Shown: in pieces, positions 1 through 13,020 of the stretch | How positions within the stretch are numbered: the first letter of the stretch is position 1 | Layout of the letters: the number at the start of each line of letters is the position of its first letter | From: Octopus vulgaris | Taxonomy: Eukaryota | NCBI GenBank assembly: GCA_951406725.2 | Contig: OX597839.1 | Span: forward strand, 14,942,001-15,006,000 | Reading direction: 5' to 3' | DNA length: 64,000 nucleotides | Translations under genes and position numbers: made by a program | The notes under the pieces: generated by a model | What the model saw: only the letters and a program-made list of their open reading frames with translations | Database searches by the model: none | What the model was told of the DNA's origin: nothing

Positions 1-164
1 ATCTCTGTTTTTCTATATTGTCTGTATACCTGTTTGTTTACTGTTGTTTAACTGAAGAAGTCAGCCTTCACGCGAGGACTTCGCGTTGGTGTTCCCCCCT
101 CCGTGGGGGAAAACTACAATTATTTTGGAATCTACAAAGGTTTGTTAAAGCCATTTGTTTAAGA

Positions 165-1534
165 TGGAGTCCCCCATCTCCTATTCGCCCGTGACGAGCG
201 AGGACGAATACCCGGCGTTGACATCAGGAAAAAAAGAGGCGTTGTCGCCAAGAAAAAAAGAGGCGTTATCGCCGAAGAAAAAGGAGGCGGCGTCGCCCCA
301 AAAAATAGAAAAATCAATACCAGCATCAACTCCAGCGAAAAAATTCGCTGAAGTAGCTGGGAAAAAAATTAAAACAATAAACGTTGAAAATCTAGAAAAA
401 TTCGCAGACAGTGTAAAGAAAGAGGGCACAGAAGTGACTGTGGTCGCAGACGTACAGAAACATGAAGATATAGAGAGGAAAAGAATTATTTACAAAACGT
501 ACAACACAGCTACAAGAATGATTCAGAAAATCGAGGAGAAAAAAATAGAGTTATGTTTGAAACCAATAATGGACAAAATAACATATATAAACAGAGGTAA
601 AAGATATGGCACAGTGGAGGTGCGTTTTACCTCTGAAGAGATAGCGAAAAAACTATCAATGGAGACTTTCAAAGCAGAAAACATCGTTCTATTACCATTA
701 TATAGAGGAAAGCGGACATCAAAAATCACAATGAACAACATTCCCCCAGAGGCAGATGCAGAATGTCTGGTGGCAGCAGTGATGGTAGGCCTGGAGGAAA
801 AATAAACATCCTCCAGGCCACAGTGGAGAAGAGGAGTTCTGGAAAGGACAAAAGATAGTGATAGCCATACAGGCGGAGACACAAACACTGGAAGAAATTC
901 CAGAAACAGTAAAAATTAGCGAAGAGGAAAAAATAACTGTTTTCGTGGAGGGCAGGAGGCCGAGGTGCTTCGGCTGCGGCAAGAAGGGTCATGTAAGGGC
1001 GGAATGCCAACCCAAACCCAAACCGCAGGAAACACCGAAGCCAAGAGAAAAAGAAGTGTCACCAGAAGCAACGTCGGACGGCCCAGAAGGGAAGACCGAA
1101 GGTGTGGAGGTGACGGTGACAGCAGAACCAGCGGCGGAGGAGAACAAGAGCGAGGAAAAGATAAATGAGGAGGGGTGGAAAAAAATTACCGAAAAAAAAA
1201 AAGAAAAACGGATACCACCCCTCCCAGAATAATTTTAAAAAAGAAGAGAGAGACAATGGACTCATATATGGCCGTCAAGGCAGCGAATAGCAGACTAGGA
1301 AACGTGTTGGCTGCTATGGCCAAGGTGGAGAAAGTGGAAAAGAAAAATGACTTTGTGATCTACAGAATAGGCCGGAAGGATTACGGGCGGATAAAATCCG
1401 AATTCTTCCACGACGTAGGCCCACTTAGATTGGAGGTGACATCTCCACATATATTCGAGGGCCTACGTCAGACTCCCTCACGAGGCCCAGAAAAAGAGTT
1501 GGAAGAACGAGAGAAAACCGAACCACTGATATAA
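165..1534 (+). pseudogene. ORF1 (gag-like, CCHC knuckle) of Tx1-like copy 1, frameshifted
   Basis: Split over ORFs 155-805, 858-1232 and 1175-1534, which align consecutively to the longer ORF1 of copy 2. Confidence 0.88.
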
Positions 1535-1543
1535 AGGTAAGTA

Positions 1544-4500
1544 ATGGATTGCATTTATGTTGGTTGTTTGAATGTGCGCGGCCTGGGAACAGGCTGGAAG
1601 CAAGGTTGCTTCCTGCATGATATCAGGTCGCGTAATTTAGATGTTATTGTTGCTACAGAAACCCGGTTAGAGGGGCCAAGAGGTCTGCTCCCGCTGTTTG
1701 ACGGCTACGAGAGATTTTTCTCTTCTGGCAGTCCTACTGGCGGAAGTGGGGTGTTGGTCCTAATAAAAAGAAACCGTGTTTCTGAGAAAAAGTTAATTTT
1801 TGCAGATCCAGAAGGTAGGCTGGTCGTCATGGATTTGACGTTCAGTAATGGTAAAGTTATCAGACTGGTTGCAATTTACGCACCCAACCATACAGGGCAA
1901 AGTGATTATTTTCGTGAACTAGAAAACTTTCTTGGTACTTCGCATTCATTAGTTGTGCTAGGAGGCTTTAACACAATTTGATCTTCCAGGTCATATTTAG
2001 ATAGAATACTAATTAGAAAAGTAGACAGTAAAATAGCTAAGTGTCCACAGTTTTACCCGATCAGCTACAGTGATCATAAAATGGTCACTTGTAAGCTTGA
2101 CATAGATAAGGTTAAAAATAGAGGATCCGGTTACTGGAAACTTAATACGTCCCTTTTGGCGATTAAGGAGTACAAAGACCGGATTAGGAATATAATTCAG
2201 AGGGCACTATCTGGTACCAGCATTAATAACAAATGGTGGTACGCCCTCAAACGAGCCATCAAGTTTGAGTCTATTAGATATAGCATAGGAGTAGTGGCTA
2301 GAAGGGAAACTACTCTAGTTAAGGAATTAGAGGAAGCCATGAAAACTGGCTCCGCGGCTCAGGTGGCGTCCAAGAGACTGGTGTTAAACCAGCACCTCGA
2401 GGCCAAACACATGGGCTGCATTGTCAGGGCTAGAATCCGCCATATGGGATGTGAAGGAATCAACGCCGTGAGATGGGCCCGAGTGGTGGAAGCACAGCAT
2501 GGTAACGATGCCACGATTCGATCTTTGACGAACCAACAAGGTGAGTTGATAAACGAGCCCGAGGAGATGTGTGAGGCCTTTCAGGAGCACTTCGCTCAGC
2601 TTTTCAGTGAGTGCGGTGGACTGGATAGGAGGAGGGCCTTTACGGACCTACTCGACGGGCTGCCGCGCTTATCGGGGCGAGATGCGGAGGGCTGTGAAGG
2701 GCCAATCACGCCTGAGGAGGTGGTTGAGGCAATGGCGGACTGCGGCGCGGGCAAGGCGCCGGGTTTGGATGGTCTACCCTATGAGTTATATAAGAATATG
2801 CCAGACTTGTTCGGGCACCTACTGGCGGAAGTCTATGCGAACTGGCAGCAGAACGGGCTTATACCCAGATCTGTGCGCCGGGGAGTAGTGACACTCGTCA
2901 GAAAGGACCCGAGCAAGGGGGAGTGCATTGATAATTTCAGGCCCATCACTCTGCTAAACACAGAGTTGAAGATTTTGGCCAAAGTGTTATCGAAAAGATT
3001 GGCGCATGTCGCGGATGGTCTGATCGGAGGGGCACAGACATGTGCCGTTCCGGGCAGATCCATTCAGGATAATCTCCATCTAATGCGGTACACTATAGAG
3101 GGGTTTAATAGTGATTCTGGCAAGGGTGGGGCACTGGTCCATTTAGACCAATCTAAAGCTTTTGATAGGGTCGACCATCGTTACCTGGTATCTGCCCTGG
3201 CACAGTTCGGGCTGAGCCTTGGCTTCCTCAGGTGGATTATCCAAATTTATGATAACATCGACTCGGTAGTTCGGGTGAACGGCTTCTTGTCGAAGCCGTT
3301 CAAAATCAAACGCTCGGTTCGTCAAGGGTGTCTGCTCTCCCCGCTTTTGTACGTGATGGCTCTAGAGCCATTACTGCGAAAACTGAGCGGCATCCCGAGA
3401 CAGCCAGGTAATGGAAAATCAGTGTCAGCGTACGCGGATGACATCACCATCATCGTAACCGAAATGGACCACCTATGTAAAGTAGGCAAGGCCATAGAGG
3501 TTTACGAGACGGTGACAGGAGCAAAAGTTAATCGCGAAAAGTCAGTCGGATTGCAACTCGGCACCTGGAGAGGCAAGTCGATGCCTCCTGACAGCGTCGT
3601 GGGACGTTGGACGGAGGGTCCGATTAAATTGCTAGGGGTCTGGTTCGGTCCAGACCTCCAAATAGAGAAGAATTGGGGCGAGGTAACGAGCAAGGTGACT
3701 GCAGTAGCCAAGACCTGGTCTTGGCGGTGGCTATCCCTGAAAGGGAGGGCGGAGGTGGCCAATGTGTTCATCGCATCGGTTTCCGTCTTTCCTTGCCCTG
3801 ATTCGTGGTTGATCAAGTTGGAAAGACAGCTCTTCTACTTCTTGTAGAAGGGCGGGAAACCACTTGTGAAACGCTCTACTTGCTGTCAACAACCGTTAAA
3901 GGGTGGGCTAGGGATGCCTTGGCTGATGATGCGCAGACATGCGCTGAGGTTAAGACATCTGTGGCTCTACCTGGATGGTGAACGGGTGTGGTCTTCGCTA
4001 GCAAAACTGATGTTTCCCAAGTTCACTAGTTTCGGTGGATGGGAAACCTGGCTGAATCGTAGATCGAAACTTGGTACTTGGTACACGGAGTGTCGCAAGG
4101 CTCTCCTGCTATTCCGTCGCTCGGGCAACGCCTGCGGTGGGGGTTCCACCACATTCTTCTATAGAGGGTTGGTAGAGGCGGAATGTGAAGATAACTTGGG
4201 GGAAACCCTAGGTCTCGACGATAATCAGCTGGTCAGTCTGTTCCGACGTACGTTCAAGCCGAGGACACTGGACAACTTCCAGAAGTCTCTGGCATGGCAA
4301 TGCTACAGAGGAGCTCTACCTGTTCGGGATAAACTCGCAAGGCACGGTGGCCAAGACAGTCCGATATCTCCAAGATGCGGGCGGGATAGGGAAACCGTCC
4401 CGCACGCTATTGTTCATTGTCCGGAAGTGTCTGAGGTGTGGTTTTATACCGAACAGCTGTTGTCAGGTACACGAAGAGTACAGCTGTCGACTGAGTCGAT

Positions 4501-4768
4501 TACAAAAATTGACCCACCGGATTTCCTCGTGAATGAAGGTAAGTTTCGTTTTCTCGTTATAGTAGCAATTGCGAAAGAGGTGATATGGAAGACGAGAATG
4601 AAAGGTTTACAGTCAGGCAAGTTCATCTCCGGCCCTGGTTTAATGAATTATTTCATCTTTCACCTGAAAAGGAAGATAGGGCTGGAGAGAATATGCCTGA
4701 CTAGGAGAGTGTATGAAGAACGATGGAAAGATGTAGCACGAAAGTTGCGAGTGAATGATACAACATAA
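1544..4768 (+). pseudogene. ORF2 (endonuclease + reverse transcriptase) of Tx1-like copy 1, disrupted
   Basis: A 147-bp deletion relative to copy 2 (6998-7144) creates TGA at 1979-1981. A further stop sits at 3845-3847. RT motifs including YADD are present. Confidence 0.9.
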
Positions 4769-5241
4769 ATGTAAGACCAAGCGTAACCAAAAGTATCAGT
4801 GGGGAGGCGGGGCTCGTGGGGTCCGAGCTAAACCCGCACCCACTCCACCCGTAATGTCTTCCGGTCTGTTACATCATTCGATTTCTGTCCATTTATTGTA
4901 ATTTCATGAAAATTTTAAAATTCATTTTATTGTAAAAATCCATTCGTGTGTCTGACCCCATCATCAAATTGTATTGTCCCATCTATGTTCGCCCCTTGTG
5001 GGTAATAATAAAACAACATGGAGGAAAGCAAATCGCGTGTGTAGTGAGTTATTATATTTTTCCGTTGCGTATATTTTCTCCGTTATATTCTACTGTGTGT
5101 CTAATTGTCTTTGTCTGTTGTTGTACAACTGTTGCAGTCAGCCTTCGTGCGAGGGCTTCGTGTTGGTGTTCCCCCCTCCGTGGGGGAAAAACTATCATTA
5201 TTGCGGCTTGTGCCAAGGGCTTGTTAAGCCAGTTGTCGGAG

Positions 5242-6543
5242 ATGGACTCCCCCATCTCATATTCACCTGTGTCTAGTGATGCAGGATCACCGGCGGTGTC
5301 GCCAAAGAAAAAAGAAACCCCAGCACCAGCGAAAAAATTCTCTGAAGTAGCTGGTAAGAAAATTAAAACAATTAACGTTGAAGACCTAAAGAAATACGCA
5401 GACTGTATGACAAAAGAGGGCACGGAAGTAACAGTGGTTACAAATGCCCAAAAGCAGGAAGAGATTTCAAAAAGAAGAATAATATATAAGACCTTCAATA
5501 TAACAAGTAAATCTATACAAAAAATAGAGGAGAAAAAAATTGAAAACTGCCTAAAACCGATAATGGATAAGATCACATACATCAATAGAGGGAAGAAATA
5601 CGGCACAGTGGAGGTGAGATTCACAACAGAGGAGGTAGCCCAAAAGCTATCTATGGAACCAATAAAAGCGGAGAATATTGTTCTCCTCCCCCTGTATAGA
5701 GGCAAAAGAACCTCAAAGATCACAATGAATAATATTCCGCCAGAAGCGGATGCCGCATGTCTGGTGGCAGCAGTTATGGTAGGCCTGGAGGAAAAAATAA
5801 ACATCCTCCAGGCCACAGTAGAGGAGGAAGAATTCTGGAAAGGGCAGCGGATAATAATAGCCATCCAGGCAGAAATACAAACACTGGAAGAGATACCAGA
5901 GACTCTAAAAATAAGTGAAGAAGATAGAGTCACAGTCTTCGTAGAGGGCAGAAAGCCGAGGTGCTTCGGCTGCGGCAAGAAAGGGCACGTAAGGGCAGAA
6001 TTCCAGCCCAAACCGCAGGAAGCAGCTCAGCCAAGTGGAAGAAAAGAAGAGGTGTCACCAGAAGCAGCGCCGGGCGACCCAGAAGGGACGGCTGAAGGTG
6101 TGGAGGTGACAGAGGCAGCGGAACCGGCGGCGGAGGAAACAAAGAGCGAGGAAACAAAGAGCGAGGAAACAAAAAATGAGGAGGGGTGGTCAAAAATCAC
6201 CAGGAAAAAAAGAAAAACTGAAACCACACCTCCCAAAGTAAACCAAAAGAAGAAAAGAGAGTCGTTGAACTCATTTATGGCCATAAAGGCCTCGAACAAT
6301 AGACTCGGTAATGTGTTGGCAGCTATGGCCAAGGTGGAAAAAATAGGAAGGAAAAATGACTATATATTGTACAGAATAGGCCTGAAGGATTACGGACGGA
6401 TAAAGTCCGAATTTTTTCATGACGTGGGCCCGCTCAGAATGGATATAACATCTCCATATATATTCGAGGGCCTGCGTCAGACTCCCCACGAGGCCCAGAA
6501 AAAGAGACAAACAAAGAAGAAAAAGAAAAAACCGAACCACTGA
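5242..6543 (+). CDS. ORF1 of Tx1-like copy 2 (open; last knuckle Cys replaced by Phe)
   Basis: MDSPISYSPV... to CFGCGKKGHVRAEF; homologous to copy 1 ORF1. Start inferred by alignment to copy 1 MESPISYSPV. Confidence 0.75.
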   Translation: MDSPISYSPVSSDAGSPAVSPKKKETPAPAKKFSEVAGKKIKTINVEDLKKYADCMTKEGTEVTVVTNAQKQEEISKRRIIYKTFNITSKSIQKIEEKKIENCLKPIMDKITYINRGKKYGTVEVRFTTEEVAQKLSMEPIKAENIVLLPLYRGKRTSKITMNNIPPEADAACLVAAVMVGLEEKINILQATVEEEEFWKGQRIIIAIQAEIQTLEEIPETLKISEEDRVTVFVEGRKPRCFGCGKKGHVRAEFQPKPQEAAQPSGRKEEVSPEAAPGDPEGTAEGVEVTEAAEPAAEETKSEETKSEETKNEEGWSKITRKKRKTETTPPKVNQKKKRESLNSFMAIKASNNRLGNVLAAMAKVEKIGRKNDYILYRIGLKDYGRIKSEFFHDVGPLRMDITSPYIFEGLRQTPHEAQKKRQTKKKKKKPNH

Positions 6544-6556
6544 TATAAGGTAAGTA

Positions 6557-8828
6557 ATGGATTACATTTATGTTGGTTGTTTAAATGTGCGCGGCCTGGG
6601 ATCAAGCTGGAAGCAAGGTCGCTTCCTTAATGATATCAGGTCGCGTAATTTAGATGTTATTGTTGCTACAGAAACCCGGTTAGAGGGGCCAAGAGGTCTA
6701 CTCCCGCTGTTTGACGGCTACGAGAGTTTTTTCTCTCCTGGCAGTCCTACAGGCGGGGGTGGGGTGTTGGTCCTATTAAAAAGAAACCGTGTTTCTGAGA
6801 AAAAGTTAATTTTTGCAGATCCAGAAGGTAGGCTGGTCGTCATGGATTTGACGTTCAGTAACGGTAAAGTTATCAGACTGGTTGCAATTTACGCACCCAA
6901 CCAACCATAAAGGGCAAAGTGATTATTTTCGAGAACTGGAAAACTTTCTTGGTACTTCGCATTCATTAGTTATGCTAGGAGACTTTAACACAATTTGCAA
7001 AGCGGATGTAGATTGTGTTGGCTCGTGTCCAGATAGAAAAGGTAACAGTGGCTTCCTGGAACTGCTAAGCCGCTTTGAGCTAGCAGATCCTTATAGGTTG
7101 GAATTTCCGAACGCTCCATTGTGGACATGGTCAAACAGCGACGGATCTTCCAGGTCATATTTAGATAGGATACTAATTAGAAAAGTAGACAGAAAAATAG
7201 CTAAGTGTCCACAGTTTTACCTGGTCAGCTACAGTGATCACAAAATGGTCACCTGTAAGCTTGACATAGATAAGGTTAAAAATAGAGGATCCGGTTACTG
7301 GAAACTTAATACGTCCCTTTTGGCGATTAAGGAGTACAGAGACCGGATTAGGACTATAATTCAGAGGGCACTATCTGGTACCATCATTAATAACAAATGG
7401 TGGTACGCCCTCAAACGAGCCATCAAATTCGAGTAAATTAGATATAGCATAGGAGTAGTGGCTAGAGAGGCTAGGAGGGAATCTACTCTAGTTAAGGAAT
7501 TAGAGGAAGCCTTGAAAACTGGCTCGCGGCTCAGGTGATGTCCAAGAGACTGGTGTTAAACCAGCACCTCGAGGCCAAACACATGGGCTGCATTGTCAGG
7601 GCTAGGATCCGCGCAATGGGTTGTGAAGGAATCAACGCCGTGAGATGGGCCCGAGTGGTGGAAGCTCAGCGTGGTAACGATGCCACGATTCGATCTATGA
7701 CGAACCAACAAGGTGAGTTGATAAACGAGCCCGAGGAGATGTGTGAGGCCTTTCAGGAGCACTTCGCTCAGCTTTTCGGTGAGTGCGGCGGACTGGATAG
7801 GAGGAGGGCCTTTACGGACCTCCTCGACGGGCTGCCGCGCTTATCGGGGCGAGATGCGGAGGGCTGTGAAGGGCCAATCACGCCTGGGGAGGTGGTTGAG
7901 GCGATGGCGGACTGCGGCGCGGGCAAGGCGCCGGGTTTAGATGGTCTACCCTATGAGTTATATAAGAGTATGCCAGACTTGTTCGGGCACCTACTGGCGG
8001 AGGTCTATGCGAACTGGCAGCAGAACGGGCTCATACCCAGATCTGTGCGCCGGGGAGTAGTGACATTCGTCAGAAAGGACCCGAGCAAGGGGGAGTGCAT
8101 TGATAATTTCAGGCCCATCACTCTGCTAAACACAGAGTTGAAGATTTTGGCCAAAGTGTTATCGAAAAGATTGGCGCGTGTCACGGATGGTCTGATCGGG
8201 GAGGCACAGACATATGCCGTTCCTGGCAGAACCATTCAGGATAATCTCCATCTTATGCGGTACACTATAGAGGGGTTTAATAGCGATTCTGGCAAGGGTG
8301 GGGCACTGGTCCATTTAGACCAATCTAAAGCATTCGATAGGGTCGACCATCGCTACCTGGTATCTGCCCTGGCTCAGTTCGGGCTGAGCCTTGGCTTCCT
8401 CAGGTGGATTATCCAAATTTACGACAACATCGACTTGGTAGTTCGGGTGAACGGCTTCTTGTCGAAGCCGTTCAACATCAAGCGCTCGGTTCGTCAAGGG
8501 TGTCCGCTCTCCCCGCTTTTGTACGTGATGGCTCTAGAGCCATTACTGCGAAAACTGAGCGGCATCCCGAGACAGCCAGGTAGTGGAAAATCGGTGTCAG
8601 CGTACGCGGATGACATCACCATCATCGTAACCGAAATGGACCACCTACGTAAAGTAGGCAAGGCCATAGAGGTTTACGAGACGGTGACAGGAGCAAAAGT
8701 TAATCGCGAAAAGTCAGTCGGATTGCAACTCGGCACCTGGAGAGGCAAGCCGATGCCTCCTGACAGCGTTGTGGGACGTTGGACGGAGGGTCCGATTAAA
8801 TTGCTAGGGGTTTGTTTCGGTCCAGACG
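6557..8828 (+). pseudogene. ORF2 (EN-RT) of Tx1-like copy 2, frameshifted and truncated
   Basis: ORFs 6557-6910, 6882-7436 and 7535 onward carry GDFN, SYLDRI, SDH, QGCPLSP and YADD motifs. Confidence 0.9.
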
Positions 8829-11800
8829 GAATAGCATTATCTCGGAATAGTCTTATCTCGGTCACCCTATTTCATTCCAAGGTAGTGTCTGTAAGCGATC
8901 GTGTATTTGACACTTTTCACAATTTATATGTGATACATATTTTGTTCGAACATAGATTCCGCACACATAACAGAAACAATCTGGTGAATTTTTGCCTCAT
9001 CTTGTTGCAATTTTCAAGAAAATTTAGAGTAATGTAATACAGAGCCGAAAGAAGAAAAAAATACTTGTACTATATTAATATACACCTTAATGGACAGTCT
9101 CTCTACTACGTAGGAAGAAAAATATATTAGTACTATATCAACATACACCTTAATGGCCATTTCCTCTACAACACAAGAATAGAGTCTATCAATTTTATAA
9201 AACTAAAATGAAATTAGCATGCTTGTTGAGTACCACTAATCATTCATTAGAGATTTACGTTAAACCAAAAATACGATTTTCTTTAGCTAGCCCAAATTCT
9301 AGATACAAATGAGCAAATGTTCCTTCCCTTAAACATTGTATTTGTCAATAATTAGCTAATTTGATTTATCTCAGCAACAGTCTATTGTAGAGAAAAAATA
9401 AGATCATTTTCGAAATCAGCACGACTATTTGCATAATAAACACAAAAAAAAAATTGAGGCAAACGAAACTTTTGCAAAATTTTGTTACCTAATGTAATGC
9501 TGCTTCTACTAAGTAAGACTGATACAGCCACTGTTATTGAAGTCACTGCTAATATCTACTCTTTATTACCGATGAGGATCTTCAAAACTGTTACTACTAC
9601 TACTACTACTACTACTATGTAGTCGAAGCAAGAGTTACTTGATCTGTTGCACTTATTGACCAGTACAAGTTCAATTTTATCATATTCTTGTGTACAAAAT
9701 AAAGCTTAGTGATTTCTTTAATTTCGCGTTACGTTTGCTTTACTGTTCTTTTAAAAGATTGTGATCAAGTCCTTTTGGTGATTCTAGTGTAAATATTACT
9801 TTTTTCATTATTGCTGTGGTAGTCACACCAAGTATTTTATTATTAGAGCAGAAATTTCATTATCTACTTAATGTCGTTTCGAAGTGTTGTTGATCATATT
9901 TGGTAGATAGTAGGCGATTACGTAGGACGTATGTAATTCTTTTGTTACTTAATTTGTTGTAAATTTTTGCTTTACTGTGGCGGGTGATAATTTTTAAGGA
10001 TTTGTTAATTGCACTCTCGTTCTTGATGAGTGTGTGTATGTGTGAAATTAATTAGCACTCAGTATATGAGTATACCAAACTTTGAGAAGTACTCTGCACG
10101 AAACCTTGACAATTGTATCACTTAACTTTTAGCCGAATAAAAATAATAAAACATGTATTTGATATAACAACACAGGTGTGTGTGTGTTCGCGCGCATGCG
10201 GTGCGGGAATTATAATCTTATTAATAAGAAATCATGATATTTAATCAACATTCTGTTCCAGCTGTTCAAGACATTTCATGTCGATCTACTTGTCAAAAAA
10301 CCATATGCTTTCAATAGCAGCCTGCTGTTTCTTCTGATTTTACACGTTTAGAGTTGCCATTGGTTATTTAATCTCATTGCTTAAAGGTTACATTTGATGA
10401 TGTAACCTTTAAGATTCTATTCCATATTTAGTTCAGAATCTCAAAAACTGCTGTATATTAATAAAATAGCCGACCATAACTAAACTTAATGTTGAATGCA
10501 GTAAGTCCCATAGGTGACAAACTTAATGTTGAATGCAGCAAGTCCCATAGGTGAAATTATTCTCCGTTCTAATTTTAATGCTAAAAGCCATACGGTGATA
10601 CTGTGAATCTCATTTCTTCTGATGTTATTTATATGTCTCCTGGAAATGTTGCATCTATTTGTTTCTTAATTGTTGTCATAGTCTTTAAAACTATTATCTT
10701 CATAGTTTAGTTTTTGTTTTAATTTCCTTTTTTCATTTCTTTTTGACATAGAGTGTCTTCAATTTGCCTAAGTTTGCCTCTTGTTTAGAATATTTCAGGC
10801 ATTAGAACGGGGGTGGGGAGAGAAATTCTCTCTCCCTCTCTTTTTCTGTATTTTAATACAGCCAGGTATTCGAACCAACTGTACCTCAGACAGCTAGTGA
10901 AAATGGCGATCTTAGTTCTATATCTTTTCATTGTAATTGCCACATGTTTATGGTTAAAAGACCTTCCCTTCACTATACTACTACTTGGCAGTGTGATAAA
11001 CTATTATTACTTAGTCTGTTACAATAAGGTCTGTCCTTCACAAAAGTTTACTAATACTAAACAAGCCCGTCCGGGGATGTCTCTTGTATTTGCTAAAATG
11101 ATTAAGAATAGTACTTGTCACTAAGCTAAAGTCTTTCTTCGCCGCATGAGTATTTCTAACTTCCGTATTTATTGCAAACAACATCAACTTAACGACAGTA
11201 TTGAATTTCTTACCACTGCAACAGCCAACCACTTTACAGTGTACTGGTTGCTTTTTACGTGGCCGGCCTAGGTCACCAAGTAACACCTAAGATTTGAGGG
11301 AGGTGACTTTATACCAGTTGATGAGAGGTTAAAGTATGATAGAGGGACAGGAACAGGTATCTCACTTTGGGGAGATATATGGTTACCCAAGTTTGAAAAC
11401 AATGATGGCAGTAGTGAAGATGTATCAGGGTGCACTCTAAAATTACGAGAAGGCGAGTATTAGAGAAGTAGAATGAATAGATAAGTAATTTTCGTGGGAG
11501 TGTGAAGAAGAGCGGCAAAACGTTAGAGATAGGGATAGAGGAAAATGTAATGAGTGGCAAATGTGATGGAGGTGTAGTCGATCGTGAATATCAGTTGGAG
11601 GGGAAGCTAGGAGAAGTAGGTGTGAAACAGAGAGCTATAAGATGACAAAAAAGATGATGTGATGCATGTAGATGTGTGCGAGGTAGATACACAATGCCAG
11701 AGACGAAGTCAGAGGCACATAAGAGTAGAAACAGTATAAAAAAAAGCTGAGATAGTGGGGAAAGGTGCGGGAAATTCAGGTGGTAAGAGATGATCCTGAG

Positions 11801-11859
11801 AATGCGTGAGAAAAAGGAAGTGCTTCCAGGGCAGGTGAACAGTAGGGGATGAAATATGT

Positions 11860-12348
11860 GCAGATATGCCCTCAAAAGCCGGGTAGCCACCTACGCAAGC
11901 TATGCAAATGATACGAAAGTCTCGCAGAAAATACAGAACCCCAGCGATGTTGCACACCTGAAGTAGAGTTGGACTCAATTTACAGATGGGCTGAGGATAA
12001 AAAATATGCAGTTTAATGCTGAAAAGTTCCAAGTCCTGCGCTACCAGCATCCAAAACTGAATATGAAACTTACAGGGCACACTGGTCCACAGGGAATTTC
12101 AATCCCAGAGATTAAATCACTGAGGGACCTGGGTATCGACTCTTTCCAAGTGCACATTACCACGATGGCAACAAACTGTAGACGACTGGCTGGATGGATC
12201 CTAGAACATTCAGAACCAGAGATAAGGAAACCATGATGGTCCTCTGGCGGACATTCGTCCTCATCCACCTGGATAACTGCTCACAGCTATGGTCACCCAC
12301 CAGTGTAAGATTAACAGCGGATCTTGAAGCAATCCAGAGAAGATTCAC
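11860..12348 (+). mobile_element. CR1/L2-type LINE fragment (RT C-terminal part)
   Basis: Degenerate SYANDTKVSQ, MQFNAEKFQVL, RDLGI and LDNCSQLWSP. Nearly identical to 36463-36630; cut by a TA tract. Confidence 0.8.
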
Positions 12349-12359
12349 GTATATGTATG

Positions 12360-12412
<53 letters not shown>

Positions 12413-12413
<1 letters not shown>

Positions 12414-12940
12414 ATTAATTATTATTATTCTGATCCCCCTAGTCGCCACTCTGTTTACTATTTCAGCCTCGCCTCGTTTTTGCATATTCTGTATAATTCA
12501 CTAGTTATCGTTATAGATATTTAGGTTCTATCTCCCTTACAGGGCTGATTAGAAATTGGCTGCCGGTTCTTCGCGGGGTTTCTCTCCCCCTCTTTTTACA
12601 TTGTCTGTCTGGACTCCTCTTCCTACTCCTCGACATGGCCATGCATACTTAAGCTAGTAACCTGCCTCACTCTTGATTCCGAACTCCTTTTGCCAAGTCT
12701 GTCCGTAAACGAAGTGATCCCAAGATAAGAAATCTTTGAACTTTAATTCATCCGTATCTCTATTTATTATTATTATTTATTAATTATTATTATTCTGATC
12801 CCCCTAGTCGCCACTCTGTTTACTATTTCAGCCTCGCCTCGTTTTTGCATATTCTGTATAATTCACTAGTTATCGTTATAGATATTTAGGTTCTATCTCC
12901 CTTACAGGGCTGATTAGAAATTGGCTGCCGGTTCTTCGCG
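12413..12940. repeat. ~365-bp partial tandem duplication (about 1.4 copies)
   Basis: tgatccccctagtcgccac... occurs at 12431 and 12796 and stays identical up to ...ggttcttcgcgg. Confidence 0.85.
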
Positions 12941-13020
12941 GCGCGCCCGCCCTACCCACCCCCACCACCAATACCGGATATCTCTATTTTGCTCCAACTA
13001 TACCGGATGTCGTTTCTCCC

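Larger units (their letters stand above)
1..5013 (+). mobile_element. Tx1/L1-clade non-LTR retrotransposon, copy 1 (near full length, inactivated)
   Basis: ORF1 with zinc knuckle CFGCGKKGHVRAEC. ORF2 has APE endonuclease (LNVRGL, ETRL, IYAPN), RT (GLDGLPYE, RPITLLN, LDQSKAFDRVDH, GC[L]LSP, YADD) and a C-terminal Cys/His region. The 3' UTR ends at AATAAA 5007-5012. Confidence 0.93.
5014..8828 (+). mobile_element. Tx1/L1-clade non-LTR retrotransposon, copy 2 (3'-truncated)
   Basis: Same organisation as copy 1. Homology to copy 1 stops abruptly after ...GVCFGPD (~8828). Confidence 0.92.

Noticed and set aside
4948-5241. N-terminal extension of the 531-aa ORF
   Set aside because: Spans copy 1 3' UTR and copy 2 5' UTR; the real ORF1 start aligns at MDSPISY.
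8829-9500. Possible DNA-transposon end interrupting LINE copy 2
   Set aside because: Only a degenerate terminus-like motif (~9481-9498); no matching second end or transposase.
10482-10554. 37-bp tandem duplication containing GTAAGT
   Set aside because: Small local duplication; no supportable exon upstream.
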